DNA of 36,569 nucleotides. It comes from Octopus bimaculoides (taxonomy: Eukaryota). Of this stretch, positions 12,096 to 23,565 are shown one piece after another (positions within the stretch are counted from its first letter, which is position 1; each line of letters opens with the position of its first letter). Made by a program: the position numbers and the translations under genes. The notes below the pieces were generated by a model that was given only the letters and a program-made list of their open reading frames with translations, ran no database searches and was not told where the DNA came from. Location of the stretch: contig NC_068989.1 in NCBI RefSeq assembly GCF_001194135.2, positions 51,017,926 to 51,054,494 of the forward strand. Reading direction: 5' to 3'.

Positions 12096-13121
12096 TATGC
12101 CTTTCACAGATATAAATCACAACAGTTATTTTCTGTTATGGTTAAGAGTTATTTAGTGAACACCAATTGCTCTGGTTACAGGAAAACAAGACAGTATTGC
12201 AATATATCACGTGGGGGAAACCAAGAAAATTTTATTTTCTTTCATTTATGGCAGCTTCCTAAACGTTCTAGGAAAATGGGTTTGGTATGACGGATGATTT
12301 CTCTTTAAAGTTTAGTTGAGGTATGTCAATAAAGTTGTTTTGTAATGTAATGAACGAAGTGGCTTGAAAAGTGCGATTATATATTATATAATTTGCTATC
12401 ATACGCTGTGGAATATAAATTTAGTCAAGGCAACTACATGTTGATACCTGTACAGGTAGAGAAAAGGCATTTAAGGATCTTATATTTACGATATAGAAAA
12501 TATCTGACTAGCAAATTTGTTGAAAATCTACTATAATATTCTTTAGTGATTTCAAATTTGCTGATACTTAACACTCTCTTAATACCTCCATGTTTAAAAG
12601 ACTTGTCTTGTGGAGGAAGAGTCAGAGAAAGAAAGATATATAAAGAAAGAAAGAATCAATGATGGTGAAAAATGAAATCCAGAGAAAATGAACCAGTGAT
12701 AAGTTTGCTATTTGAATACGAAGAGTGAACTTTGCTTAGCTGATGCTCACAGCGACTACTAAATAATTGTCCATTCCATTATTATTTTTTTTGTTTTTAA
12801 ACAGCAACATATTATACTTAGATTTCTGTAAAGGCTACGACAATGAATACACAACCAAAATAAAGAAAGATATAAGTTCACCGTCTCTAGAGTAATATTA
12901 CTGTCAATCATTCTTCTTCCATGACCAGGTTTTTCTAAGATTATTTTAAATCTTCAAATAATAAAAGCCAATATTTTTCCGAGAATTTTGCAGCAAACGT
13001 CCTTCATATTCATAGACACGTCATGTGGATGAAGTGTTGCCTGCATATATTGATGCCTCATTATATTGTACAGTTAATTGTTGTAAATATTAATGATATA
13101 ATTTTATTCGATATTTTTATA

Positions 13122-14113
13122 TCAGGCTGAGTAAAAAGTAAGCAACGTTTTGGAACATGAAATTCATCACAATATATTTCAACAATGCGGAAATTATATT
13201 CATCAAAGTAAGTACCATTACAATCAACACATTTTTGCCAACGAGTTACAAGCTTGTATATTTCGGTCACATGAAAATCTGGAGTTCTGGTGTTGATGAA
13301 CTCTTTAAACTCACTTTCAACATTGGTTTCATTGTTGAACTCCACTTGCAGAAAACCATCAAAATGCTTGAAAAAGTGGTAGTTGGTATGAGACAGGGCT
13401 GGGGAATAATCTGAGTGGGGAAGAACTTCGTAGCCAAGTTCCCTCAACTTCTGGAGCGTCATTAGTGAAACGCATGGTCGGGCTTTGTCATGAAGAATGA
13501 TTGGCCCTCTTCTGTTGACTAGTCTGGGACGAATGAGTAGCAGTTTTTCGTTCATTTTGGCAGTTTCATGGCAATATGGTTCTGCAGTAATGATGTTCCT
13601 GGGTTTTAAGAAGTTACAGTGGATAAGTCCAGCAGAACACAACCAAACAGATACCATAATATCATTTTTGAAGAGCTCGAGTTTAGGGGAGGTTTTCGGC
13701 ACTTCTTGAATTGACCGTCATCGATGATAGATATGCATTCATAACGCTCACGATCTTCAAGGCTCAGCTCTCCAATGCGAAATCGTTTTAACCATTTTCG
13801 AGCTGATCACTGACTGGCCATATTTCTCACGAAATCTTTAGTTGATATCGCGAGCAGTTTCAGCTGTTGTATGTACTTTTTTGCAGTTCAATAGTAAAAC
13901 TGCTCAAATATTGCGCGTGTACAGTTACATTTCAGATGATTGTAACAACGGTGAAAAAAATATGAATGTTAATTTATTGCTGCATTTGGGGAAGTCTATG
14001 TCTGTATAATCATATTATTTAACAAAAAATGTTTTAAAAAGTTGAAAACTCTACAAAAATCCTGTACAAATTCTTCCTGGTTCACAACATCACTTATTTT
14101 TTACTCAACTTGA
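13122..14113 (-). mobile_element. Mariner (DD34D, Hsmar1/cecropia-like) DNA transposon, internally deleted, with both TIRs and TA target duplication
   Basis: Left end TA|TCAGGCTGAGTAAAAAGTAAGCAACG; the right end is the inverted match CATCACTTATTTTTTACTCAACTTGA|TA. ORF 13061-13702 contains ILHDKARP..LPHSDYSPALSHTNYHFF..KLVTRWQKCVDCNGTYFD. An HTH remnant (RKWLKRFRIGELSLEDRER) lies upstream. Confidence 0.95.
13180..13940 (-). pseudogene. Mariner transposase pseudogene lacking the WVPHEL motif and first catalytic Asp region
   Basis: The frameshifted N-terminal HTH is joined directly to PKTSPKLELFKNDIMVSVW. The element is 992 bp, versus about 1.3 kb for typical full-length mariners. Confidence 0.85.
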
Positions 14114-14639
14114 TATATAAATCACCGGTCAGCTGTATATTTTGGTTTCTGTCTAACACCGTGAGTATTTTAGTATTGTGCTAAGCCATGAACTCTCACA
14201 GAATGGCATCTATCGCGTGCTCTATTAGTTCACCAGCCAACAGCGTCAAAGATTCACAGAGAGAATCCCTATAAAGGAGAAATGTTCCCATGAGTCAGAG
14301 TTAGATGTCGGTTTATAGAGCTCTACATGCAGAAGAATTAGCATCAGTATCTCCATGGTGTGTGAATCTATATCAGATTCAATATTCAAAGGCCAAACAA
14401 CTTCGCAAATCATAAACGCTCGAATCTGGTAAATCACGATTCTAAAGAATTTCTCGGCCAAACAAAAATTCGGCAATTAGTAGTCACGTTCCGATGTCAT
14501 TCTGTCCTTAATCCGTTATTTCTGTCATTCTTTCCGTCGTTCTTTTTTCATTCTTTCTTTCATACTTTTCTCTTCCTTTAATTCATTCCTGAAATTCATT
14601 CTTTCATTCTTGTTACATATATATTGTTTCAGCTCCTTA

Positions 14640-14645
14640 CTACCA

Positions 14646-14718
<73 letters not shown>

Positions 14719-14765
14719 ACTACTACTGCTACTACTACTACTACCAGCAGCACCATCACCACTAC
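14640..14765. repeat. Compound (TAC)n(TGC)n microsatellite
   Basis: Directly visible; it produces the poly-Y/C/L ORFs at 14610 and 14624. Confidence 0.95.
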
Positions 14766-15450
14766 CACAACCCCCAGTGCAGCTGGTCTCCTATCGTTTT
14801 CCTGTTGTTATTATCACCTGTATTAAAATTGTTATTGTTGTTGTCGTCGTCGTCGTCGTCGTTCTGTTTGACGTTTTGGTGATGGTGATGGAGATGATGT
14901 CCAGGTTGCTTTTGCCATAAAAATCTGCTCCTGACAGATGATACAGTTATTCTCTTGAATGATAAAAATGTATGTATGTATATATATTTGCGTATGTCCA
15001 TGTACGTGTGGGTACGTATATATATATATATATATCCTCTTATTGAATCAATTTCGATAGTGAAGATTATACGGACTGCTCGTTTCTTTCTCATTTTTAC
15101 ACATTGTGTGTACAAATAATTTATCCCTCACTGAAGTAGTAGAATAAACTACACAGAAGGAAAATCAAAATGAAATACGGAAAACCATGCTATAATCCTT
15201 CTACCTACAACGTATCAATATTACGTACAGAAAACACATTAAAAACCTCGTCTACTAATATNNNNNNNNNNNNNNNNNNNNNNNNNNNNNNNNNNNNNNN
15301 NNNNNNNNNNNNNNNNNNNNNNNNNNNNNNNNNNNNNNNNNNNNNNNNNNNNNNNNNNNNNNNNNNNNNNNNNNNNNNNNNNNNNNNNNNNNNNNNNNNN
15401 NNNNNNNNNNNNNNNNNNNNNNNNNNNNNNNNNNNNNNNNNNNNNNNNNN

Positions 15451-15483
<33 letters not shown>

Positions 15484-16629
15484 CAAAGGGTATACTAGAA
15501 TACACGCTGATTACATTCCGTGTTAGAACATGGGAATTTTAATGAAAACATAAAGCGACCATTTAAATGTCCACGTTATGTAACTCTTCAAATGATTTAA
15601 CGTAAAGTGTATGGTTAGTGTAATTCCCAAGGAAATCTACTCGTCAGTCAAAAGGAAGAATTAAAACAAACAATGCACACAGAACACAGAACACAGAACA
15701 CAAAGTACACATAACAAATCAGTAACCTATAACATAACAATAAAATGTTTAACATAATTGAATTTTCTGTGAATCCAAATACAGTTTCAATAATCTTAAT
15801 ATATATGACAGCTGGCAATACATAATACAACTGTAAAGTGTATATCTAAAATAAATATGTTAGCTTTCATTATTTGGCCACCATGAAAACACATTAAACA
15901 ATCTCAATGATATTACTTAACAATCATATTTTAGTTTGTATCATGCACTTAACATAACGTCCAGATTCTATTCTTTTATGAAATAACAGTACGACTGTAA
16001 AAAAATATAATACCCTGGAAGTGTTGAAGGTTGACAACACTGTAAATGCATGGAAATTGATATTATAGGATGTTTTCCTTTGATGGTTAAATGTTATCTC
16101 CGCAACCCGTAGAGTTTTGGTAACTAATTCAAACTGGTATATTCAGCTAATATTAAGTTAATTATGCATGAAACAATATACCTGGTTTTGCAGAGTTAGT
16201 GAATGACAACATAGGAGTTACTGTCAACATTCCAGATAAGTTTCCTCATACTCTTCTCTGTCAGAGGCATTTCCCTTCCCTCTAGCGGTTGAGTATCGTT
16301 CTTACTGCCTGCAAATGAGCTGACCATTATAATTGAGCTGACCATTATAGTGAATCAATAACAACACAGCATATATAGACATCCACTCGCACATATGTAC
16401 ATGTAAAAAAAAAGGCATAAATACGAAGACAAATGCGATCGAAAGGAATAAATTTGGAAATATGATTTTCTGTAGTGAAACATAATAGATCCATATGAAA
16501 TATTTTCTTCCACTGAAACAATAAATGACATTAAAAAAAATCCGATTCACCAAGCAGCGTGCAGTCAATACTCTCTAAGGTAGTTAATGTTATAAACCAA
16601 ATTTGTGTGGCCTATAAAATGGATAGCTT

Positions 16630-16717
16630 TATATACATACATACATACATATATATATATATTTAGGCGCAGGAGTGGCTGTGTAGTAGTGTAGTAAGAA
16701 GCTTGCTTCCCAACATG
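16630..16717 (+). other. Probable assembly duplication of 16740-16831 across a 10-N gap
   Basis: Near-identical sequence, including the copy-specific TAGTG duplication in the SINE head, lies on both sides of a 10-N spacer. Confidence 0.8.
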
Positions 16718-16779
16718 NNNNNNNNNNTATATATATATATATATACATACATACATACATACATATATATATATATTTA

Positions 16780-17174
16780 GGCGCAGGAGTGGCTGTGTAG
16801 TAGTGTAGTAAGAAGCTTGCTTCCCAACATGGTCCCGGGTTCAGTCCCACTGCCTGGCGCCTTCGGCAAGTGGCTTCTACTACAGCCATGGGCCGACGAA
16901 AGTCTTGTGATTTGCATATTTGGTAGACGGAGACTGAAAGAAACCAGTCGCATATATGTGTGTATTTATGTATCTGTGATGTCTTTCCACCATCGCTTGA
17001 CAACAGTTGTTGGTGTGTTTAAGTCCCCTAATTTAGCGTTTCAATAAAAGCGAGCAAAAGAATAAGTACTAGGTTTAGAACATATAAGTCCTGGTGTCGA
17101 TTTGTTCGACTAAACCCGGTGCTCCAGAATGCAGAATGGCCGGAGTCAGATGTGACTGGAATAAGTGAAAGAAT
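16780..17174 (+). mobile_element. tRNA-derived SINE, family 1
   Basis: A-box-like TGGCTGTGTAG, B-box GGTTCAGTCCC, body GGCAAGTG.CTTCTACTA..GCC..GGCCGAC..AAG.CTTGTGA..TTTGGTAGACGG; homologous to 19681-20026. Confidence 0.9.
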
Positions 17175-18223
17175 ATAAGCCTAGAAGAGTATATATATAT
17201 ATATATAAATAGGTATATGTATATCTATGTATCTAACTATGGATATATTTGTTTGTATGTGTGTTTGTGTGTATGTGTATGCGCGCGCGCGTGTATGCTC
17301 GTTTGCACGTGCGTATATTGAATATCTATGCGACTGTATGGTGCGCATTTAAGTATTTTTGCATGTGAACAGCCACTAGTGCACCTTCACATGTTTTTTT
17401 TTTTACTACAGAATTATTGAAGAACGTACGTATTACCACACACAAAAACGGAATACGCCTCTGGTTGGGTAGCGTTTTTCAATCCAATTATAGATAGAAT
17501 TATGGATCTTCCATACATCGGAAATATTCAAGACAAATGAATAATGGAAGCCAGAGAAACCCCTTACAGCAATCTATGTAACTATTCCGATTATGAAATT
17601 ATCGTACCAGAAAAAATATTATGCGGTCCATTAAGAATAATTTGTACTATATACGAATATGATATTAAATATCACATTTGTTATTTCCTAACTGATCCTG
17701 ATAATATGATACATTTGTATGAATATTTTACTTGAAATTTTATTTGGGTGTTTTCCTGCTCAGAATTCAAGGCAGTCACTAACAAAGTAACAACGCAAGT
17801 AATAACGACATTATGTTTGAGTTACTTCACTGTGATTTGTAATCATACTTTGCAGCTAGTGGATGTATATATAGAGATGAGTACGTGGATAAGCTCCGTC
17901 ATGTAACGTATATACAGATAGTTCTAGTGGCCAATTGCGCTCACGTGTTTTACTACTGTTTATGTATGTATGACATGTGCCCCCGCAAAAAGTTAAGTCA
18001 CCGTGGTATTTCGCAGATTGTTATTATTGGACTTTGAATCAATTTGGTTTGAAGACGCAAATTGCATTCCTATGTTGTTCCTTGTAGAACCTCATAATTT
18101 CTACAATGTTATGCAAATCTTTTGTGAGATATTTTTGTGCCACAATGTTATTAGTTAGAAATGAATATATACATCACAGCGATTAAATGTGTGTGGGTGT
18201 CAGCAAATAAGACGCATAATTTA

Positions 18224-18754
18224 TTCTTTTTCTACTCTAGGCACAAGGCCCGAAACTTCTGGGGAGGGAGCCAGTCGATTAGGTCGACTCCAGTACGCAA
18301 CTGGTTCTTAATTTATCGACCCCGAAAGAATGAAAGGTAAAGTCGACCTCAGTTCTATATTTAAGAGTTGAGGAATTACGTACATTATTTATATTATTTA
18401 CATTTCACCACTACCCATATGTCCATGGACATATGGCGTAGTGAAGAAGAGCGCAGGCTACTAACCCCAAGATTTCGAGTTCGATTTCAGGCAGTGACCT
18501 GAATAATAATAATAATAACAACAACATTATCATCGAAAAATACCTTAGGAATGAGAACCCAGGTTCGAAATTTCTCCAAGACACCTGATGAAACGTTGCG
18601 TTAACGACAAACAAGATTACGACAAATATTCGTCAAATGTAAGTAATGTAAATAAAGTCGACCTCGGCGGAATTTGAACTCAGAACGCAAAGTCAGACGA
18701 AATACAGCTAAGCATTTCGCCTGGCATTCCAAAGTATGTACCAGCTTGCCGCCT
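18224..18754 (-). mobile_element. tRNA-derived SINE, family 2, interrupted by a 302-bp insertion
   Basis: Homologous to the uninterrupted copy at 26202-26415; minus-strand head AGGCGGCAAGCTGG..GAGTTCAAATTCC. Confidence 0.9.
18351..18652 (+). mobile_element. TSD-flanked non-autonomous insertion with tRNA-like head, hammerhead-like remnants and an inverted left arm
   Basis: 13-bp direct repeats TAAAGTCGACCTC at 18338-18350 and 18653-18665. A/B-box-like TGGCGTAGTG and GAGTTCGATT. A 22-bp perfect palindrome at 18415-18436. The left arm is the inverse of the right-end tail (AAATGTAA.TAATGTAAATAA). Confidence 0.8.
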
Positions 18755-19261
18755 GAATACGAATAAAATATTAACTTAGGAGGAGATAAATAAATTAAGC
18801 ATGCATACAAAGAAAAAAAAAAGAAAACACGTAACTGAACTATGGAAAAATATAAAGTGTTTAAGAAGAATGGAGCAAAGGTAAAATTTGAGTTTATATA
18901 CTGGGGACAAATGAAAAGATTAAGAAAAGGAAGAGAGAAATGGCATGAAACTGAATTTAAGAGAAATATTTACGTCGAAGGCATCTTGTAAAATTAAAAG
19001 TATCAGCTAAACTAGGAATTCTGATAGTGATGGCAGAATTTGATTCAAAACAGGAATGAAAGTCGATGACGGAGACAGAAAGAGAAAGAGAGAGAGAGGG
19101 GGAGAGAAAAAGAGAGAAAGTGGGCAGAGATAAATATGTTAAGAGGTGAGGGAGGATGTGTAAGAGAGTGAGAGAGAGAGAGAAAGAGAGAGAGAGACAA
19201 GGTGGGTAGAAGCGTAAAAGATATTGTATCCCAGAAAAGCAAAAAAAAAAATTGTTTGAGA

Positions 19262-19469
19262 AATACCGACCCACTGCGTATATGTTCACCATCTGGACGG
19301 GACGCCTGTCCGTCGCAGGGTTACTCAGGTTTGCCAGCTGAGTAGATTGGAGCGACGTCAAATCAAGTGCTTTGGTGAAGAACACAACGCGCCTTCCGGT
19401 TCAGGATTCCAAACCACAATCTTAAAATCATGAACCCAAAACCCGAACCACTAAGACACGCACCTCCAC
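19262..19469 (-). mobile_element. Degenerate tRNA-derived SINE, family 3
   Basis: Minus strand begins GTGGAGGTGCGTGTCTTAGTGGTT..GGTTTGGAATCC (A/B-box-like). The start resembles that of the SINE at 30056-30439. Confidence 0.7.
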
Positions 19470-19680
19470 GCTAAGTGCCAGTGGAGAAAAAAAGAAAATT
19501 CTAGGGATAAAAATTAAGACCAGTAGAGTGGAGAGCTCTCAATACCGGAAGTGTGCAGCTGTTTAAGTTTGTGATAGTTTCATTTCCGTAAATTTTTATT
19601 TGGATTCAATCAGTGTGAAGGAAGATACAAGTATTTCGATATACGTTGAATAGTGACTCCTGCAATATAAAGCATCCGGA

Positions 19681-20026
19681 AAGTAGCTTGCTGACGAACC
19701 ACATGGTTTCGGGTTCAGTCCAACTGTGTGGCATCTTGGGAAAGTGTCTTCTACTATAGCCTCGAGCCGACCAAAGCCTTGTGAGTGGATTTGGTAGACG
19801 GAAACTGAAAGAAGCCCTTCGTATATATGTATATATGTATGTATGTGTGTCTGTGTTTGTCCCCCAACATCACTTGGCAACCGATGCCGGTTTGTTTACG
19901 TCGCCGTTACCTAGCGGTTTGGCAAAAGAGACCGATAGAATAAGTACTAGACTTACAAAGAATAAGTCCTGGGGTCGATTTGTTCGACTAGTCAAATGAC
20001 TGAAACAAGTAAAAGAGTAAAAGAGT
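19681..20026 (+). mobile_element. tRNA-derived SINE, family 1 (5'-clipped, 3' internal deletion)
   Basis: Collinear with 16780-17174; B-box GGTTCAGTCC; tail GTAAAAGAGTAAAAGAGT. Confidence 0.9.
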
Positions 20027-20419
20027 GGAGGCCCGCAGACACACGTATTCTCATTAGTGTGTATGCTAATGCATTTGCTTGTTGTTATAAGTTATGTAGT
20101 GGTAAAAATGTATAGGATTAGTGGGAGGTGGATGAAGGGTAACGTATGCCAAATGTTTATGTTTATTGAGTTACTGTGTGAACAAATATGTATATCATAA
20201 GTGTTTTAAAATCGATTACCTGATTGTCACCAGTACACTTCATGTGGCGTAATTAATTTTATTGTACTCATTTCTTCTCTCTTTATACATTCGTTCAGAA
20301 ATAATGTCACGTTTTCATTTCGTGTTTTACTTGACAGCGTTTATGTATACTTTCATTTAATAGTCTCTGATTCAGTTAATATTCCTCCTTGTTTCTTTGT
20401 TTTTTCTTATTTTTCTATA

Positions 20420-20456
<37 letters not shown>

Positions 20457-20470
20457 ATCTTTCTATCTAT

Positions 20471-20506
<36 letters not shown>

Positions 20507-20546
20507 ATTTTATGTTATATTTATTTGTACATATATATATATATAT
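20420..20546. repeat. (TATC)n and (TA)n microsatellites ending at a gap
   Basis: Directly visible. Confidence 0.95.
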
Positions 20547-22777
20547 NNNNNNNNNNNNNNNNNNNNNNNNNNNNNNNNNNNNNNNNNNNNNNNNNNNNNN
20601 NNNNNNNNNNNNNNNNNNNNNNNNNNNNNNNNNNNNNNNNNNNNNNNNNNNNNNNNNNNNNNNNNNNNNNNNNNNNNNNNNNNNNNNNNNNNNNNNNNNN
20701 NNNNNNNNNNNNNNNNNNNNNNNNNNNNNNNNNNNNNNNNNNNNNNNNNNNNNNNCCTGTCAATTACAACTCCACAATTTTTTTTATTGCTATTGTTGAT
20801 TTTCCTTTTTAATTAGAAATCATAAAGCCCTCGGATGTTTTGGTGCAGGTGTTGCCCATCTCCTGCAATAGTACAGAATACATTAAGCAAAAAATGAAAA
20901 GATTCATATATCTATGGTACTGTTTGTCATACGTTTTTACGTACATACACCAGATATCCATGCATATATATGCACACATATAGACATACAGACACGCACA
21001 CACACACATACACACACACACACACACACACATACACACACACACACTAATATATATATCATATATATATTCTTCTATTCTATTATGTGTTTAAATCATT
21101 TGACTGCGTCCATCCTGGAGCATATGTATGTAGATATAGTTCACAGATGAGATACAGATATTCTTCGTATAGAAGTGACTTACTATTGCACAAAAGATTC
21201 AAACTTAGAATCCGATGTATTTACAGGGGTTCATACTACGGTCTACTGAAAGTCTACTAGAGGCATTAGTTTGAGTTAGTATAGAAGCAATTATGGGGAT
21301 AAGCAAATTATATATATGAAATACATTAAAAATATTAAGTACAATACAAAATCTGTACACATACAAAACGTGAGAAGGGTGGAAACGTTCAGATGATGAA
21401 TGAATTTATATGAATACATATATATNNNNNNNNNNNNNNNNNNNNNNNNNNNNNNNNNNNNNNNNNNNNNNNNNNNNNNNNNNNNNNNNNNNNNNNNNNN
21501 NNNNNNNNNNNNNNNNNNNNNNNNNNNNNNNNNNNNNNNNNNNNNNNNNNNNNNNNNNNNNNNNNNNNNNNNNNNNNNNNNNNNNNNNNNNNNNNNNNNN
21601 NNNNNNNNNNNNNNNNNNNNNNNNNNNNNNNNNNNNNNNNNNNNNNNNNNNNNNNNNNNNNNNNNNNNNNNNNNNNNNNNNNNNNNNNNNNNNNNNNNNN
21701 NNNNNNNNNNNNNNNNNNNNNNNNNNNNNNNNNNNNNNNNNNNNNNNNNNNNNNNNNNNNNNNNNNNNNNNNNNNNNNNNNNNNNNNNNNNNNNNNNNNN
21801 NNNNNNNNNNNNNNNNNNNNNNNNNNNNNNNNNNNNNNNNNNNNNNNNNNNNNNNNNNNNNNNNNNNNNNNNNNNNNNNNNNNNNNTATATATATATATA
21901 TATATATATATTGGGTATGGCAGATGAGTTCTGCAAAAATTTAGATTCAGGTGAATATGGTATTTAAGTTGAGGCACCAGAATTTTGTACGGTATTATCG
22001 ATACAATTTCAAAGTAAGGTGGTTAAAGTCAAAATAAGCAACAAGTATATCCCGAAGAGATGCAGTACGATCGTTTCATGCAATTCTATTTAATTGAACA
22101 ATGTAATCATTGCATCAATTTAAAATGCAGAGCAATCCTCAGCTGCACAAAGACATAGAATTTAATTAAATTATAACACATTAGTATAATTAAATTGGAC
22201 ACAGTATAATTATACTTAAAATCTCCAAGAAGATAGGGAGATAGACAAAGAACATGTTGCTTCAGCTACAACATAGAAGTTAATAAATAAATAAATAAAT
22301 AAACTGTCAAGAAGACTCTGCCTGTCACTGATTATATTTGTTTTTATGGGGTCAGTTTTAATTTATAGACTATTATATCAAACATTGTATATCTAATGCT
22401 TAGAGAATAAAGGGCATTATTTGTTAGGGTAGGGGCGAGAGAGCAGACAGAAATCATAGTTGGTTTAGTCATAAAAATCATGATGCTTGGTAAAGGAAAA
22501 CTTAAAACAAGATGTTGGCTGACTACTAAGGGGGGGGGCGCCCACTAGCAGATTATTGATAACGAAACAGGGGAAGTCTTATCCTTTAGTACTATAGTTG
22601 AATGTTTTAAAGCAATGTTGCTATATTGTATACAGATAACGTCTATGGCTATTCTTCTTAATAACCCTCTGAATAGCCATAAAATGAGAAACTGCCTTTT
22701 TGATGTTAAGTCCATCTAATGTCCCTGGAGTTATATTATACAAAATCTTTTAAGCGACAGAAATTAAGCTAAGGCTT

Positions 22778-23565
22778 ATTCGGCTACTATTTCTATCTGC
22801 TCGAGTCTCGAAACATCTAATTGTAATTTGTTAATATTTAGTCGAATAATATCCTTTATATAGCAGTTATATAATCTTAGTAAATTATTCAGCGATACCA
22901 ACTTCGTATTCTCAGTGGTAACTTATGTATATCTACATTATATGATGTGGCACTTTTCGTTTGTATCTTTAGTAAATGATACATTCATTTACAGGATTTA
23001 TTCTTGGCTCATAATTGATCATTGGTTGATGAATCTTTTGGTGTGACCACTGATCGATGGCTTATGTTTGTATTGAAACGAGGATTGTGATGGTGATTAC
23101 AAGGATGATTCGGAGGATGAGGTGACGAAGATGAGGATCTCCATCATTGTAGTGATAAGGATAACCATGGCTGTGTTGGTAACACTACTGTGCTTGCAGC
23201 AGCTGATGTATGTTTTTTGCTAAGAAGTCGATACCTTGGATATGCTATTAATGATATGGTGATGAAGTTGATAATGACGATGATATGGATGACCATGATG
23301 AAGATGATGAAGATGATGATGACAACAATGTTGATGAGAACCACGACGACATCAACGGCGACGACGATGATAACGATGATAATGACAATGATTATGATGA
23401 TGGTAATGATGATGATGACGACGACAACGACGAGGGTGACGTCGCGGATGACGAGGAAGACAGGGAAGACGAGAACTTTGAGGAAGAGGAGGAAGACGAG
23501 AACGATGACGATGCTCATCTAGTTAAGATTTCATAACACATTTCGGAGTTTATAACTGCTTTCTA
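22778..23565 (+). other. Paralogous segment B: unique flank, acceptor-like CATTTACAG|G, then long GAT/GAC/GAG tract (Asp/Glu-rich frame 23285-23536)
   Basis: Anchors are shared with 11466-12095. An 83-aa acidic ORF (MDDHDEDD...EEEEEDENDDDAHLVKIS) has an upstream in-frame stop, so it is not credible as an intact exon from the acceptor. Confidence 0.6.

Noticed and set aside
14170-14500. Possible C2H2 zinc-finger remnant (KIHRENPYK; KRSNLVNH)
   Set aside because: No Cys/His spacing is retained and the snippets are too short to distinguish from chance.
16315-16350. Short tandem duplications (TGAGCTGACCATTATA x2; also GTACGTGTTTATTAAC x2 near 32395 and CACAGAA x3 near 15676)
   Set aside because: Ordinary slippage-type duplications; no spacers, so not CRISPR-like.
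17497-17580. Possible terminal exon NYGSSIHRKYSRQMNNGSQRNPLQQSM
   Set aside because: Weak acceptor, no partner exon and no homology I can recognise.
18427-18500. tRNA gene calls for the A/B-box-containing heads here and in the SINEs
   Set aside because: No complete cloverleaf or acceptor stem; these are SINE-type tRNA-derived heads.
23144-23536. Acidic, Met/Thr-rich and Ile/Val-rich ORFs as intact genes
   Set aside because: All three frames are by-products of a GAT/GAC repeat. The acidic frame has an upstream in-frame stop and no clean link to the acceptor, so it is kept only as a possible pseudo-exon.
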